64,000 bases of DNA, from NCBI RefSeq assembly GCF_009914755.1, contig NC_060932.1. One strand, written 5' to 3'. Shown piece by piece: positions 25,225-39,688 of this stretch (within the stretch, counting starts at the first letter, position 1; each line of letters begins with the position of its first letter). The stretch is from the human T2T-CHM13v2.0 reference genome, Homo sapiens. The notes under the pieces are model-generated. The model did not search any database, was not told where the DNA came from, and saw only the letters and a program-made list of their open reading frames with translations. The position numbers were made by a program, and so were the translations under genes.

Positions 25225-28200
25225 AGAAAAACTGAATATCCTCAGATAAATAGTAAAAAGAAGCTATCTGAGAAACTGCTTTGTTATGTGTGGATTCATC
25301 TGACAGAGCAAAAACTTTCTTTTATTCAGCAGGTTGGAAACACTCTTTTTGAAGAATAAGCGAAGGGACATTTTGGAGCCCATGAGGCCTAAGGGGGAAA
25401 AAACGAGTATTTCCAGATAAAAACTAATAAGAATCTATCTGTGAACTGGTTTGGGATGTGTAGATTCACCTCACAGAGTTAGTTCTTTCTTTTGTTTCAG
25501 CAGGTTGGAAACACTCTTTTTGAAGAATCTGTGAGGTGACATTGCGGAGCTCATTGACGCCTACAGGGAGAAACTGAATATCCCTAGATAAAAACTAGAA
25601 AGAAGTTATCTGTGTAACTGATTTGTGAAGTGTGGATTCATCTGACAGAGTTAAGTTTTTCTTTTGATTCAGCAGGTTGGAAGCATTTTTTTTGTAGAAT
25701 CGGAGAAGGAACATTTTGGAGCCCTTTGAGGCAGATGAAGAAAAACAGATTATACCCAGATAAATACTACAAAGAAGCTATCTGTGAAACTGCTTTGTGA
25801 TGTATGGATTCATCTCACTGACTTAAACATTTCTTTTGATTCAACATGTTGGAAACAGTCTTCTTAAGTAATCTGCGAAGGGACATTTGGGAGCCCTTGG
25901 TGACTATGGGGAAAAACTGAATATCCCCAAATAAAAACTAGAAGTAAACTAACTGTGAAACTGCTTTGTGATGTTTGGATTTATCTCACAGTGTTAAACC
26001 TTTCTTTTGATTTGGCAGGTTGGAAACACTTTTTTTGGAGAATCTGTAAAGGGACACTTGATATCTTATTGAGGCCTACAGGGCAAAATGGAATATCCTC
26101 AGATAAAAATTAGAAAGAAACTATTTGTGAAACAGCTTTGTGATATGTGGATTTATCTCACAGAAATAAACCTTTCTTTTGATTCAGCGGGTTGGAAACT
26201 CTCTTTTCAGAGAACTTGTGAAAAAACATTTGGAAACTTATTGAGGCCTATGTTGACAAACCAAATATTTCCAGATGAAAACTAGAAAGTAGTTATCTGT
26301 GAAACTGCGTTGTGATGCATCGATTCATCTCACAGTGTTAAAACTTTCTTTTGATTCAGCACTTTGGAAAAACACTTTGTCAAGAGTCTTCAAAAGGAAA
26401 TTTGGGTGCCCATTCAGGCCTATAGGGAAAAACCGAATATCCCCAAATAAAAAATTAGAAAGAAGCTGTCTGTGAACATACTTTGCAATGTGTGAATTCT
26501 TCTCACAGAGGTAAATGTTTCTTTTGATTCAGTACTTTGGACAGACTCTTTTTGTAGAATCTGAGAAGAGAGATTTGGGAGCCCTTTGAGTCGTATCAGA
26601 AAAAAATCAGAATATCCCCAAATAAAAGCTAGACAGAAGCTATCTTTGAAACTGCTTTTTGATGTGTGGATTCATCAGAGAGTTAAAACTTTCCTCTTAT
26701 TCAGCACGTTGGGAGCACTTTTTTCTGAGAATCTGCAAAGGGACATATTGGAGCCCAGTGAGGCCTAAGGGGAAAAACTGAATATCGCAAGATAAAAACT
26801 AGAGAGAAACTATCTGTGAAACTGTTTTGTGATGTGTGGATTCAACTCTCAGAGTTACAACTTTCTTTTGATTCTGCAGGGTGGAAACACTCTTTTTCAA
26901 TAATCTGAGAAAGGACATTTGGGAGCACATTGAGGACTAAGGGGAAAAATGGAATATCTCCAGATAAAAACTACAAAGAAGTTATCTGCAAAACTGTGTT
27001 GTGATGGTGGATTCATCTCCCAGTGTTAAATCATTCTTTTGATTGAGCACATTGAGAACACACTTTTTGGAGAATCTGCAAAAGACATTGAAGTGCCTTT
27101 GTGGCCTATAGGGAAAAACAGAATATCCCCAGATAAAAACTAGAAACGTATATCTGTGACACTGCTTTGTAATGCATGCATTTATCTCACTGTATTAAAT
27201 CTTTCTTTGATTCAGTTGGTTGGAAACATTCTTTTTGTAGAATCCGTGAAGAGACATTTGGGAGCCCTTTGAGGCCTATTGGGAAAAACAGAATATCCTC
27301 AGGTAAATACTATAAAGAAGGTATCTGAGAAACTGCTTTGTGATGTGTGGATTCATCTCATGGAGTTAAACCTTTCCTTTGTTCAGCTGGTTGAAAAGAC
27401 TCACTTGGGAGAATTGGAGAAGGGTCATTTTGTAGTCTGTTGAGGGTTACAAGAAAAAACAGAATGTCCCCTGATAAAAACTAGAAAGAAGCTATCTGTG
27501 AAACTGTTTTGTGATGTGTGGATCCATCTCAAAAGGTGAAGACCTTCTTTTGATTCAGCAGGTTGGAAATATTTTTTTTCTGAGAATCTGCAGAGGGACA
27601 TTTGGGAGAGCTTTGAGGCCAATGGGGAAAAAAAGAATATCCTCAGATAAAAACTATAAAGCTGCCATGGGTGAAACTGCTTTGTGTTGTGTGGATCCAT
27701 CTCACAGAGTTAAACTTCCCTTTTGATTCAGCATGTAAGAAGCACTCTTTTTGGAGCATCTGCAAAGGGATATTTGGGAGCCAATTGAGGCTTATCAGAA
27801 AAAAATGAATATCTCAAGATAAAAAGCAGAATGAAGCTAACTGTGAAACTCCTTTGTGATGTGTGGGTTCATCTCACAGAGTTAAACCTTTCCTTTCATG
27901 CAGCAGGTTGGAAACACACTTTTTCTAGAATCTGCAGAGTTATTTTTGGTAACCTATAGTGGACTAAGGGAAAATCCAAATATCAAAAGATAGAAAGTAG
28001 AAAGAGTCCATAAGTGAAACTGCTTTGGGATGTGTGTATTAGCCTCACAGAGCTAAACTTTTCTTTTGGTTCAGCAAGTTGGAAACAGTCTTTTTGGAGA
28101 ATCTGTGAAGGGACATTTAAGTGCTCAAGGAGGCTTATGGGGAAAAAATATCTGCTTAAACAAAACAGGAAGAAGTTATCTGTCAAACTCCTTTTTGATG

Positions 28201-31200
28201 TGTGGATTCATTTCACAGAGGTAAACCTTTTGTTTGATTCATCAGGTTGGAAACATGCTTTTTGAATAATCTGCAAAGGGAAACTTGGTAGTCCATTAGA
28301 GCTTATGGGGAAAAACAGAGTATACAGAGATAAAAACCAGAAGAAACTTTCCATGAAAGTGCTTTGTGATGTGTGAATTCATTTCACAGAGTTAAAACTT
28401 CCCTTTGATTCAGCAGATTGGAAACACACTTGTTGGAAAATCTGCAAAGGGACATTTGGGATCTCATAGAGGCCAATGGGGAAAAAACAAATATCCACAG
28501 ATAAAAACTACAACAAACTATCTGTGAAACTGCTCTGAGATGTGTGGATCCATCTCACAGACGTGAAATTTTCTTTAGATCAAGCAAGTTGGTAGCAATG
28601 TTTTTGGAGAATCTGTGCAGAGACATTTGGGAGCCTATTGAGGCCTATGAGAAAAACTGAATATCACCAATAAAACTAGAAAGAAGTTATCCATGAAACT
28701 GATTTTTAATGTTTGGATTCAGCTCACAGAGTTAAATCTTTCTTTTGATTCAGCTTGTTGGAATTGCTGTTTTTGGAGAATCTGAAAAAGGGACATTTAA
28801 GAGCCCATTGAGGTCTATAAGTAAAAACTGAATATCCCCAGATAAAAAACTGAAATAAATTATCTGTGAAACTGCTTTGTGTTGTGTGGATTCATCTCTG
28901 AGAGCTAAAGCTTTCTTTTGATTCAGTATAGTGGAAACACATTTTTTGTAGAACCTGCGAAGGGACACGTGGAAGCCTATTTAAGCCCATAAGAAAAAAT
29001 TGGATATACCCAGATTTAAACTAGGAAGAAGCTATCCGTGAAACTGTTTTGTAATGTGTGGATTCACCTCACAGAGTTGAACCTTTCTTTTGATTAAGCA
29101 GGTTGGAAACTATCTTTTTGGAAAATCTGCAAAAGGACATTTGGGAACCCATTGAGGCCTACGGGAAAAAACAAAATATCTCCAGATAAAAATTAGAAAG
29201 AAGCTATCTACGAAATTGCTTTTGGAAGTGTGGATTCATCTCAAAGAATTAAACCTTTCTTTTAATTCAGCAGGGTGGAAACACTCTTTTTGGACTATCA
29301 GTGAAAACACATTTGAGAGTCCTTTGAGGCCTATGGTGTAAAACTGAATATCCCAAGGTAAAAACTAGAAAGAAGCTATCTGTGAAACTTCTTTGTGATG
29401 TATGGACTCACCTTACACAGGTAAAGAGTTCTTTTGATTCAGCAGGTTGGAACCACTCTTTTTGTAGAATCTGCCAAGGAACATTTGGGAGCCCTTTGAG
29501 GCCAATGGAGAAAAGTTGAATATACCCAGATAAAAACCAGGAGGAAGCTACCCGTGAAACTGCTTTGTGTTGTATGTTTCATATCATACAGTTAAAACTT
29601 TCTTTATTCAGCAGGTGGGGAACCTTTTGTAGAATATCCAAGGGGACATTTAGGAGCCCACTGAGGCCAAAGAGAGAAAACAAAATATCCCCAGATTAAA
29701 ACTGGAAAGACGCTATCTGTGAAACTGCTCTGTGATGTGTGGATTCACGTCACTGAGTTAAAGCTTTGTTTTGATTCAGCCGGTTGGAAATACTCTTTTT
29801 GGAGAATCTGCGAAGGGACATTTGGGAGCCCATTTTTCCCTATGGGGAAAAACTGAATATCCTAGATAAAAACTAGAAAGAAGCTCTCAGAGAAACTGCT
29901 TTTTGACATGTGGATTCATTTCCCAAAATTAAAACTTTCTTTACGTTCAGCAGGTAGGAAACACTATTTTTATATAATCTGTTAAGGGACATTTGAAAGC
30001 ACATTGAGGCCTATGGGAAAAATGAAATATACGCAGATAAAAACTAGAAAGAATCTATCTGTGAAACTTAGTTTTGATGTTTGGACTCATCTCACAGACT
30101 TAAACTTTTGTATTGATTCAGCAGGTTGGAGACACTCTTTTTGGAGAAACTACAAAGGAACGTTTGGGATCCCCTTGAGGACTATAGGGAAAAACTGAAT
30201 ATCCCTAGATAAAAACCAAAAAGAAGCTACCTGTGAAATTGCTTTGTAATGTGTGGATTCATTTCAAAGAGAAAAACCTGTTTTTTTGACTCAGCAGGTT
30301 GGAAACACTCTTTTTGTAGAATCGTCAAAGGGATGTTTGTGAGCCCATGGTGGCTTAGGAAAAAATCTAGAAAGAGGCTATCTGTGAAACCTCTTTGAGA
30401 TGTGTGGATTCATCTCACAGAACTAAATCTTTCTCTCGATTCAGCAGGTTGGAACCACTATTTTGGAGAATCTGCAAAGAGACATTTTAGAGCCCACTGG
30501 GGCCTATGGGAAAAAATGGAATATCCTCAGATAAAAACTAGGAAGAAGCTATCCATGAAATTGCTTTGTGATGTGTGTATTTGTCTCAAAGAGTTAAACC
30601 TTTCTACTGATTCAGCAGGTTGGAAACACTCCTTTTGTAAAATCTGTGAAGGGACATTTGGGCACTTACTGAGGACTGTGGGGAAAAATCGAATATCCCT
30701 ACATAAAAACTAGAAAGAAGCTATCTGTGTAACTGCCTTGTGATGTCTGTATTCATCTCACAGAGTTAAACCTTTTATTGTTTCGGCAGGTTAAAACACT
30801 CTTTTCTTAGAATCTGTGAAAGGACATTTGGGAATCCATTGAGGCCTATGGGACAAAACAAAAATCCCCAGATAAAAACTAGAAAGAAGCTGTCTGTGAA
30901 ACTCCTTTGTGATGTGTGGACTCATCTCACAGAGTTAAACCTTTCTTTTGGTGAAGCAGGTTGGAAACACTGTTTCTGGAAAATCTGGAAGGGAACGTTT
31001 GAGATCCCATTGATGCCAATGAGGCAAAACCAAATATACAGATAGACACGGGAAAGAAGATACCTGTGAATCTGATTTGTGATGTGTGGATTCTTCTCAA
31101 AGTGTTAAACCTTTCTTTTCATTCATCACGTTGGAAACACTCTTTTTGGACAAACTGTGAAGGGAAATTTGTGTGCCTGTTGAGGCCTAGAAGTAAAAAC

Positions 31201-34200
31201 CAAATATCCTAAGATAAAAACTAGAAAGAAGCTATCTTTGAAAGCGTTTATTGATGTGTGGATTTATCTCATAGAATTAAATGCTTCCTTTGATTCAGCT
31301 GATGAAAACACTCTTTATGTAGAATCTGCGAAGAGACATTTGGGAGCCCTTTGACACCTATGGGGAAAAACAGAATATCCTCAGATAAATACTAAAAAAA
31401 AGCTATCTGAAAAACTGCTTTGTGATGTGTGGATTCACCTCTCAGTGTTAAAACTTTCTATTGTTTTAGCAGGTTGGAAACACTCACTTTCGAGTATCTG
31501 AGAACGGATATTTTGGAGGCCGTTGAGGCCTATAAGAAAAAAAGCAGAATATCCCCAGATAAAAACTATAAAGAAGCTATCTATGAAACTGCTTTCTGAT
31601 GCATGAATTTGACTCACACAGTTAAAACTTTATTTTGTTTCAGCAGGTTGGAAACACCCTTTCTGATTATCTGCGAAGGGACAGTCAGTAGTCCATTGAT
31701 GTCTATGAAAAAAACCCCAAATAGCCCAAGATAATAACTAGGAAGAAGCCATGCATGAAGCTACTTTGTGATTTGTAGATTCACCTCACAAAGTTAAAAC
31801 TTTCTTTTGATTCAGCACTTGGAAACATTCTTTTTGGAGAATCCGTGAAGGGACATTTAAGAACCAATTGAGGCCTATGGGAAAAAAAACCAGATATCCC
31901 CAGATAAAAGCTACAGAGAAGCTGCTTGTGAAGCTTTTTTGCAATGTGTCAATTCATCTCACAGTGCTAAACCTTTCTTTTGAGGAACCAGGTTGGAAAC
32001 ACTGTTATTGTAGAATCTGCAAAGGGACATTTGGGAGTCCATTGTGGCCTAAGGGAAAAAAAAATATCCCAAGATAAAAAATACAAAGAACCAATCTGTG
32101 AAACTGCTTTGTGATTTGTGGATTCACCTCACAGAGTTAAACTTTTCTGTTTATTAAGCAAGCTGGAAACAGTCTTTTTGGAGGATCAGTGAAGGGACAT
32201 TTTGGACCCCATTGAGGCCTAAGGGATAAAACTGAATATCCCAAGATAAAAACTGGAAAGAAGCTGTGGGTGGAACTGTTTTTTGATGTTTGGATTCATC
32301 TCACAGAATTAAACCTTTCTTTTCTTTCAGCACGTTGGAAATACTCTTTTTGGAGAATCTGCAAAGGGACATTTGGGAGCCCATTGAGGTCTATGGGAAA
32401 AAATGTCATATCCCCAGATAAAAACTAGAAAGAAACTATCAGTGAAACTGCTTGTCATGTGTGGATTCATCCCCCAGAGTTAAACCTTTCTTTTAATTCA
32501 GCAGGTTGGAAACACTCTTTTTGAGGAATCTGTGAAGAGATACTTGAGAGCTTATTGAGGCCTATGGGGAAAAACAGAATATAAACAACTAAAAACTAGA
32601 AAGAAATCTATGAAACTGCTTTGTGGTATGTGGATTCATTTCACAGAGTTAAACCTTTCTTTTGATTCAGCAGGTTGGAAACACTCATTTTGCAGAATCT
32701 GCAAAGGGACATTTGAGAGCTTATTGAGGCCTATGGGGAAAAACAAAACATACCCAGATTAAAAACCAGAAAGAAGATATCTGTGAAACTGCTTTGAAAT
32801 GTGTGGATTCATATCACAAATTTTAACCTTTCTTTTGGTTCATTAGGTTGGAACACTCTATTTGGAGAATCTACAAACGGACATTTTAAGGAAAAACCCA
32901 ATATTCCCAGATAAAAACCAGAAAGAAGCTATCGGTGAAACTTGTTCATGATGTGTGGATTCACCTCTTTTTGTAGAATGTATGAAGAGACATTTGGGAC
33001 CCCATTTATGCCCATGGGGATAAACTCTATATCCCCAGATAAAAACTAGAAAGAAGCAATCTGTGAAACTACTTCATCAAGTGTGGATTCATCTCACAGA
33101 GTTAAATCTTTCATTTGATTCAGCATTCAGCATGTGGGAAACACTCTTTTTGTGGTACCTGCAAATAAATATTTTGGAGCTTATAAAGGCCTAAGGGAAA
33201 AACTGAATATCCCCATATAAAAACTGCAAAGAAACTATCTGTGAAACTGCTTTGAGATGTTTGGATTTACTTCACAGACTTAACCCTTTCTTTTGGTTTA
33301 GCAGGTTGGAAACACTGTTATTGGATAACCTTAGAAGGGCCATTTTGGAGCCCATTGAAGTCTATGGAAAAAGGAAACGAATATCCCCAGATAAATACCA
33401 GAAAGAAGCCATCTGTGAAACTGCTTTGTGATGTGTGGATTAATCTCACAGACTTAAGCGTTTCTATGCATTCATGAGGTTGGAAACAATATTTCTGGAA
33501 AATGTGAGAAGGGACATTTGGAAGCCCATTGAGGCCTAAGGGGAAAAACTGAATATCCACTTATAAAAACTAGAAAGAAGCTATATGTGAAACTGCTTTC
33601 TGATGTATGGATTCATCTCACAGAGCTAAGTTTCTTTTGATTCAGCAGGATGAGAACACTCTTTTTGGAAAAACAGAAAAAAATACACATTTGGGCACCC
33701 ATTGAGGCCTATGGAGAAAAACAGAATATCCTTAGATGAAAACTAGAAAGAAGGTATCTGTGAAACTGCTTTCTGACAGGTGGATTCATCACACAGATTT
33801 AAGCCTTTCCTTTTATTCAGCAGTTTGGAAACACTCCTATTGGAGATCTGTGAAGGGACATTTAGGAGCATATTAAAGCCTATGGGGAAAAACGGAATGT
33901 CCCCATATAAAAACTAGAAAGAAGCTGTATGTGAAACTGCTTCATGATTTGTAGCTTCACCACAAAGAGTTAAACTCTTCTTTGGATTCAGCAGATTGGA
34001 AACACTCTTTTTGGAGAATATGTGAGGAAACTTTTGGGAACAAATTGAGGCCAATAAGGACAAAAAATATCCCCACATAAAAACTAGAATGAAGTTATCT
34101 GTGAAATTGCTTTGGAATGTGTGGATTCACGTCACAGAGTTAATCCTTTCTTTTCATTCAGCAGCCTGGAAACACTCTTTATGTGGAGTCTGCGAAGGGA

Positions 34201-37200
34201 TTTTGGAAGCCCGTTGAGGCCTAGGAGAAAAACTGAATATCTAAAGATAAAAACTAGGAAGAGCTATCTGTGAACCCACTTTGTGATGTGTGGATTCATC
34301 TCACAGAGGTAAGCCTTTCTTTGATATTGCAGATTGTAAGTACTCTTTCAGTACAATCTACAAAGGGATACTTTGGGGCCCAATGAGGCCTATAAGTAAC
34401 AACAGATTATCCCCAATAAAAACTAGAAAGAATCTATCTGTGAAACTGCTTTGTGTTGTGTGGATTCTTCTCACTGAGTTAAACTTCTCTTTTCATCCAG
34501 CAGTTTGGAACACTCTATTTGGAGAACCTGTGAAAAGATTTTGGAAGCCCATAGAAGCCTGTAGGTAAAAAGCAAATATTGACAGATAAAAACTACAAAG
34601 AAGATATCTGTGAAACTGGTCTGCATTGTGTGGATTCATCTCAGAGAATTAAACATTTTTTTGGATCCAGTAGGTTTGAAACACACATTTTGGAGAATCT
34701 GCAAAGGGACAATTGGTAGCCCATTGAGGCCTGTAAGAAAAACAGAATATCCCCAGATAAAAACTACAAAGAACCTATCTATGAAACTGCTTTGTTTTGT
34801 CTGAATTCATCTTAGAGAGTTAAACCATTTTTTTTATCCAGCAGGTTGGAAACGCTCTTTTTGGAGAATCTGCAAAGAGACAATTGGGAGCCCTTTGAGG
34901 TCTATGGGGAAAAGCAAATATTTCCAGATAAAAGCTAGGAAGACTCTATCTGTAAAATTGCTTTGTGATATGTGGGTTAATCTCACAGAGCTAAACCTTT
35001 CTTTTGATTCAGCAGGTTGGAAACACTCTTTTTGTAGAATCTGTGACAAGATATTTGAGAGCCCATTAAGGCCTATGGGAAAAAACTGAATATCCCCAGA
35101 TTAAAACTAGAAACAAGCTATCTGTGAAACTGCTTCTGAAGTGTGGATTCATCTCACAGAATTAAACCTTTCTTTTGATTCTGCAGTGTGGAAACACTGT
35201 TTTTGGAGTATACACAAGCAGACATTTTGTAGCCCATTGATCATTATGGTGAAAAACCGAATATCCCCAAATAAAAACTAGAAAGAAGCAAAGTGTGAAA
35301 CTGCTCTGTGATATGTGCATTCCTATCCCAGAGTTAAATTTTTCCACTAATTCAGCAGGTAGGAAACACTATTTACGGAGAAACTGTGAAGGGACAGTTG
35401 GGAGACCATTGAAGTTATGCCCAGATAAACAGAATATGCCCAGATAAAAATTAGAGAGAAGCTATCTGTGAAATTCTTTTGTGATGTGTGGATTCGTCTT
35501 AAAGAGTGAAGCCTTTCTTTTGAGAATCTGTGAAGGGACATATTTAAGCCATTTGTGCATTATAAGAAAAACTTGAATATCCACAGATAAAAACTAGAAA
35601 GAACCTATCTGAGAAACTGATTTCTGTTGTGTGGATTCATCTCACAGAGTTAAACCATTCTTTTGATTCAGCACTTTGAAAACTCTCTTTCTGGAAAATC
35701 TGTGAGGGGACATTTGGGAGCCCATTTAGGCTAATGGGGAAAAATGGAATATCTCTATATAAAAACTAGAAAGAAGCTTTCCATAAAACTGCTTTGTGAT
35801 GTGTGGATTCATCTCCTGAAGGCAAACCTTTCTATTCATTCCACCAGTTAAAAACACTATTTTTGGGGAATCTGCAAAGGGACATTTTGGAGCCCAATGA
35901 GACCACGGAGAAAAGCCAAATATCACCAGATTAAAAACTAGAAAGATGCTATTTGTGAAACTGCTTTGTAATGTGTGGATTCATCTCAGAGTTAAATTTT
36001 TCTTTTGATTCAACAGGTTGAAAACACTCTGTTTGTAGAATCTGCTAATGGACATTTGAGAGCTCATTGAGGCCTACAGGGAGAAACTGAATATCCTGAG
36101 ATAAAAACTACAAAGAAGCTATCTGTGAAACTGTTGTTTCAAGTATGGAATTATTTCAAAAAGTTAAATCTTTCTTTTGAGTCAGTAAGTTGGAAATACT
36201 CTTTTTGGAGAACTGTGAAAGGACATTTTAAAATCCACTGTGGTCTATGGAGAAACCTGAATATCCCAAGATAAAAAGTAGAAAGAAACTGACTGAAACG
36301 ACGTTGTGATATTTGTATTCATCTCACAGAATTAAACCTTAGTTTTGAATAAGTAGGTTGGAAACACTCTTTTTGCAGAATCTGAGAAGAGATATTTGGG
36401 AACCCATCAAATGCCTATGGGGAAAAACCAAATACCCCCAGATAAAAGTTAAAAGAGGTATCTGTGAAACTGCTTTTGTGAGGGGATTCCTCTCACAGAG
36501 TTAAAGTTTTCTTTTGATTCAGTAGGTTGGAAACACTCTTATTGGAAAATCTGTGAAGGGACATTTACTTGCCATTGAGGTCAAAGGGGAAAAAGTGTAT
36601 ATCCCCTGAAAAAAGCTAGAACGTAGTTATCTGTGAAACTGCTTTTGTAGGTGTGGATTCGTCTAACAGAATTAAAACTTTCCTTTGATTCAGAGCTTGG
36701 AAGCACAGACATTTGGAAGCCATGTGAAGGGACATTTGGAAGCCCATTGAAGCCGAGGAGAAAAACTGAATATCCTAAGATAAAAACTAGAAAGAAGCTT
36801 TCTTTGAAACTGCTTTTTGATGTGTGGATACATCACACAGAATTAAAACTTTGTTTTGATTCAGCAGAGTGGTAATCCTATTTTTGAGAATCTGCAAAGG
36901 GACATTTCAGAGCTAATTAGCCCTATGTGAAAAAAAAAGAATATTCCCAAAGCAAAACTAGAAAGAAACTATCTCTGAAACTGCTTTGTGATGTGGTGAT
37001 TCTTCTCACAGAGTTAAACCTTTCTTGTGATTCAGCAGGTTGCAAACACTCTTTTTGGAGAATGTGTGAAAGGACATTTGGAAGCACATTGAGGTATATG
37101 GATAAAAAGGAAATATCCCCAGATAAAAACTAGAAAGAAGCTATCTGTGAAGCTGTTTTGTGATATGTGGATTTATCTCACAGAGTTAAACCTTTCTTTT

Positions 37201-39031
37201 GATTCAGCAGGTTGGAAACACATTTTTTGGAGAATCTCCGAAGGCACATTTGGGAGCCCATTGAGAGCTAAGGGGAATAATCGAATGTCCACAGATGAAA
37301 ACTAGAAAGAAGTTATGTGTGAAACTGCTTTGTTCCATGTGGATTCCTCTCACAGAGTTAAATCTTCCATTGAGGCCTATGGTGGAAAACAAAATATCAC
37401 AGATAAAACTAGAAAGAAGCTATCCATGAATCTGCTTTGTTATGTGTGGACTCCCATTACAGAGTTAAACATTTCTTTTCATTCAGCAGGGTGGAAACAC
37501 ACTTTTTACAGAATTTGTGAAGGGACATTTGGGAGTCCATCAGGGCCTAGGTGAAAAACTGAATATCCCCAGATAAAAATAGAAAGAAGCTACCTGTGAA
37601 ACTGCTTTGCAATGTGTGGATTCATCTTAGAGAGTTAAAACTCTCTTTTGATTCACCAGCTTGGAACCACTCTTTTTGGAGGATCTGTAAGGGACGTTTA
37701 AGCAACCAACAAGGCCTACTTGGAACAACAGAATATCCCAAGATAAAAACTAGAAAGAAGCTATCTGTGAAACTGCTTTGTATTGTGTGGGTTCATCTCA
37801 CAGAGCTAAACCTCCGTTTTGATTCAGCAGGTTGGAAGCACTCTTTTGGTAGAATATGTGAAGAGATACTTGGGCGCCCATTGAGGACTATAGAGAAAAA
37901 CCAAATATCTCCATATAAAAGCTAGATAGAAGCTATTTGTGAAACTGATTTGTGATGTGTGAATTCAAATCACAGAGTTAAAACTGTTTTTTGCATCAGC
38001 AGGTTGGAAACACCCTTCTGATTGTATGTCAAGAGACAGTCTCTAGTCCACTGAGGTCTATGAAAATAAAATGAATGTCGCCAGATAAGAAGTAGAAAGA
38101 AGCTATATGAGAAACTGATTTGTGATTTTTAGATTCATCTCACAAAGTTAAAACTTTCTTTCAATTCAGCACGTTGGAAAGACTTTTTTTGGAGAATCTC
38201 TGAAGGGACAGTTGAGAGCCAATTGAGGCCTATGGCACAAAACTGAATATCCCCAGAAAAAACTAGAAAGAAACTATCTGTGAAACTGCTTTGTGATATG
38301 TGGATTTATCTCACAGAGTTCAACCTTTCTTTTGATTCAGAATGTTGGAAACACTCTTTTTGGAGAATCTGCGAAGAAACATTCTGGAGCCCATTGTCGC
38401 CTATGGGGAAAAACAGAATATACCCAGAAGAAAATTAGAAAGAGGCTATCTGTGTAACTGCTTTGTGATTTGTGGATTCATCTCAAAGAACTAACCCTTT
38501 CTTTTGATTCAGCAGGTTGGAAACACTCTTTGGAGAATCTGCAGAGAGACATTTTGGAGCCCAGTGAGATTTATGGGGAAAAACCAAATATCACCAGATA
38601 AAAACTAAAAAGAAACTATCTGTGAAACTGCTTTGTGATATGTGCATTCATCTCACAGACTTAAACTTTCCTTTTGACTCAGCAGGTAGAAAGCACTGTT
38701 TCTGGAGAATCCTTGATGGAATATTTGGGAGCCCTTGAGTCCTATGGAGGAAAATCAAATATCCCAAGAAAAAAAATTGAAATAAGCTGCTTAGTGATTT
38801 GTGGATTCATCTGACAGAGTGAAACCTTTCTTTTGATTCAGCAGCTTGGAAACAATATCTTTGGAGCTCCTGTGAAGGGTCATTTTGGAACCCACTGGGG
38901 ACTACGGGGAAAAACTGAATATCTCCAGGTAAAAACTAGATAGAAACTATCTGTGAAACTGCTTTGTGATGTGTGAATTCCAGTCACAGGGTTAAAACTA
39001 CCTTTTGCTTCAGCAGGTTGGAATCACCCTT

Positions 39032-39077
39032 TCTGATTATATGTGAAGGGACAGTCTGATTATATGTGAAGGGACAG
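39032..39077. repeat. Perfect 23-bp tandem duplication
   Basis: tctgattatatgtgaagggacag occurs twice, at 39032-39054 and 39055-39077. Confidence 0.93.
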
Positions 39078-39526
39078 TCCATTAAAGTCTATGAAAAAAA
39101 AAGAAATGAATATCACCAGATAAGAAGTAGAAAGAAGCTATGTGAGAAACTGATTTCTGATTTTCAGATTCATCTCACAAAGTTAAAACTTTCTTTCAAT
39201 TCAGAGCATTGGAAACACTCTTTTTGGAGAATCTGTGAATGGACATTTGGGAGCCCATTAGGCCTATGGGGAAAAACAGAATAACCCCAGATAAAAACTA
39301 GAAGGAAGCTACCTGTGAAAGTTTTTGTGATGTGTGGATTCACCTCACAGTGTTAAACCTTTCTTTTGATTCACCAGGTTGGAAACACTGTTTTTGTAGA
39401 ATCTGCAAAAGGACATTTGGGAGCTCATTGTGGCCTATGGGGAAAAATCGAATACCCCAAGATAAAAACTATAAAGAATCTATCTGTGAAACTGTTTTCT
39501 GATGTGTGGATTCATCTCACAGAGTT

Positions 39527-39539
39527 AAGCCTTTCTTTT
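39527..39539. repeat. Left TSD of L1 insertion 2 (aagcctttctttt)
   Basis: 11/13 match to aaggctctctttt at 39676-39688. Confidence 0.7.
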
Positions 39540-39677
39540 TTTCATTTTTATTATTATACTTTAAGTTTTAGGTTACATGTGCAGAACGTGCACACATAGG
39601 TTTATTGTGGCACTATTCACAATAGCAAAGACTTGGAACCAACCCAAATGTCCAACAATGATAGATTGGATTAAGAA
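39540..39677 (-). mobile_element. Very short 5'-inverted LINE-1 (L1PA family, L1PA3/PA4-like 3' end)
   Basis: A degenerate poly(T) plus ttattatactttaagttttaggttacatgtgcagaacgtgca (L1 3' end on the - strand, to 39592) is joined to + strand ORF2 sequence tgcacacataggtttattgtggcactattcacaatagcaaagacttggaaccaacccaaatgtccaacaatgatagattggattaagaa (39589-39677). It has an imperfect 13-bp TSD and a canonical TTTT/AA site at 39685-39690. Confidence 0.92.
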
Positions 39678-39688
39678 GGCTCTCTTTT
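39676..39688. repeat. Right TSD of L1 insertion 2 (aaggctctctttt)
   Basis: 11/13 match to 39527-39539. The monomer resumes immediately after it (aattaagcag, similar to consensus gattcagcag). Confidence 0.7.

Larger units (their letters stand above)
6771..39539. repeat. Alpha satellite, divergent ~172-bp monomers; segment 2
   Basis: Same consensus and orientation as segment 1. Period check: the tatctgtgaaa anchor starts at 24736, 24908 and 25079 (spacings 172 and 171 bp). Confidence 0.97.
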
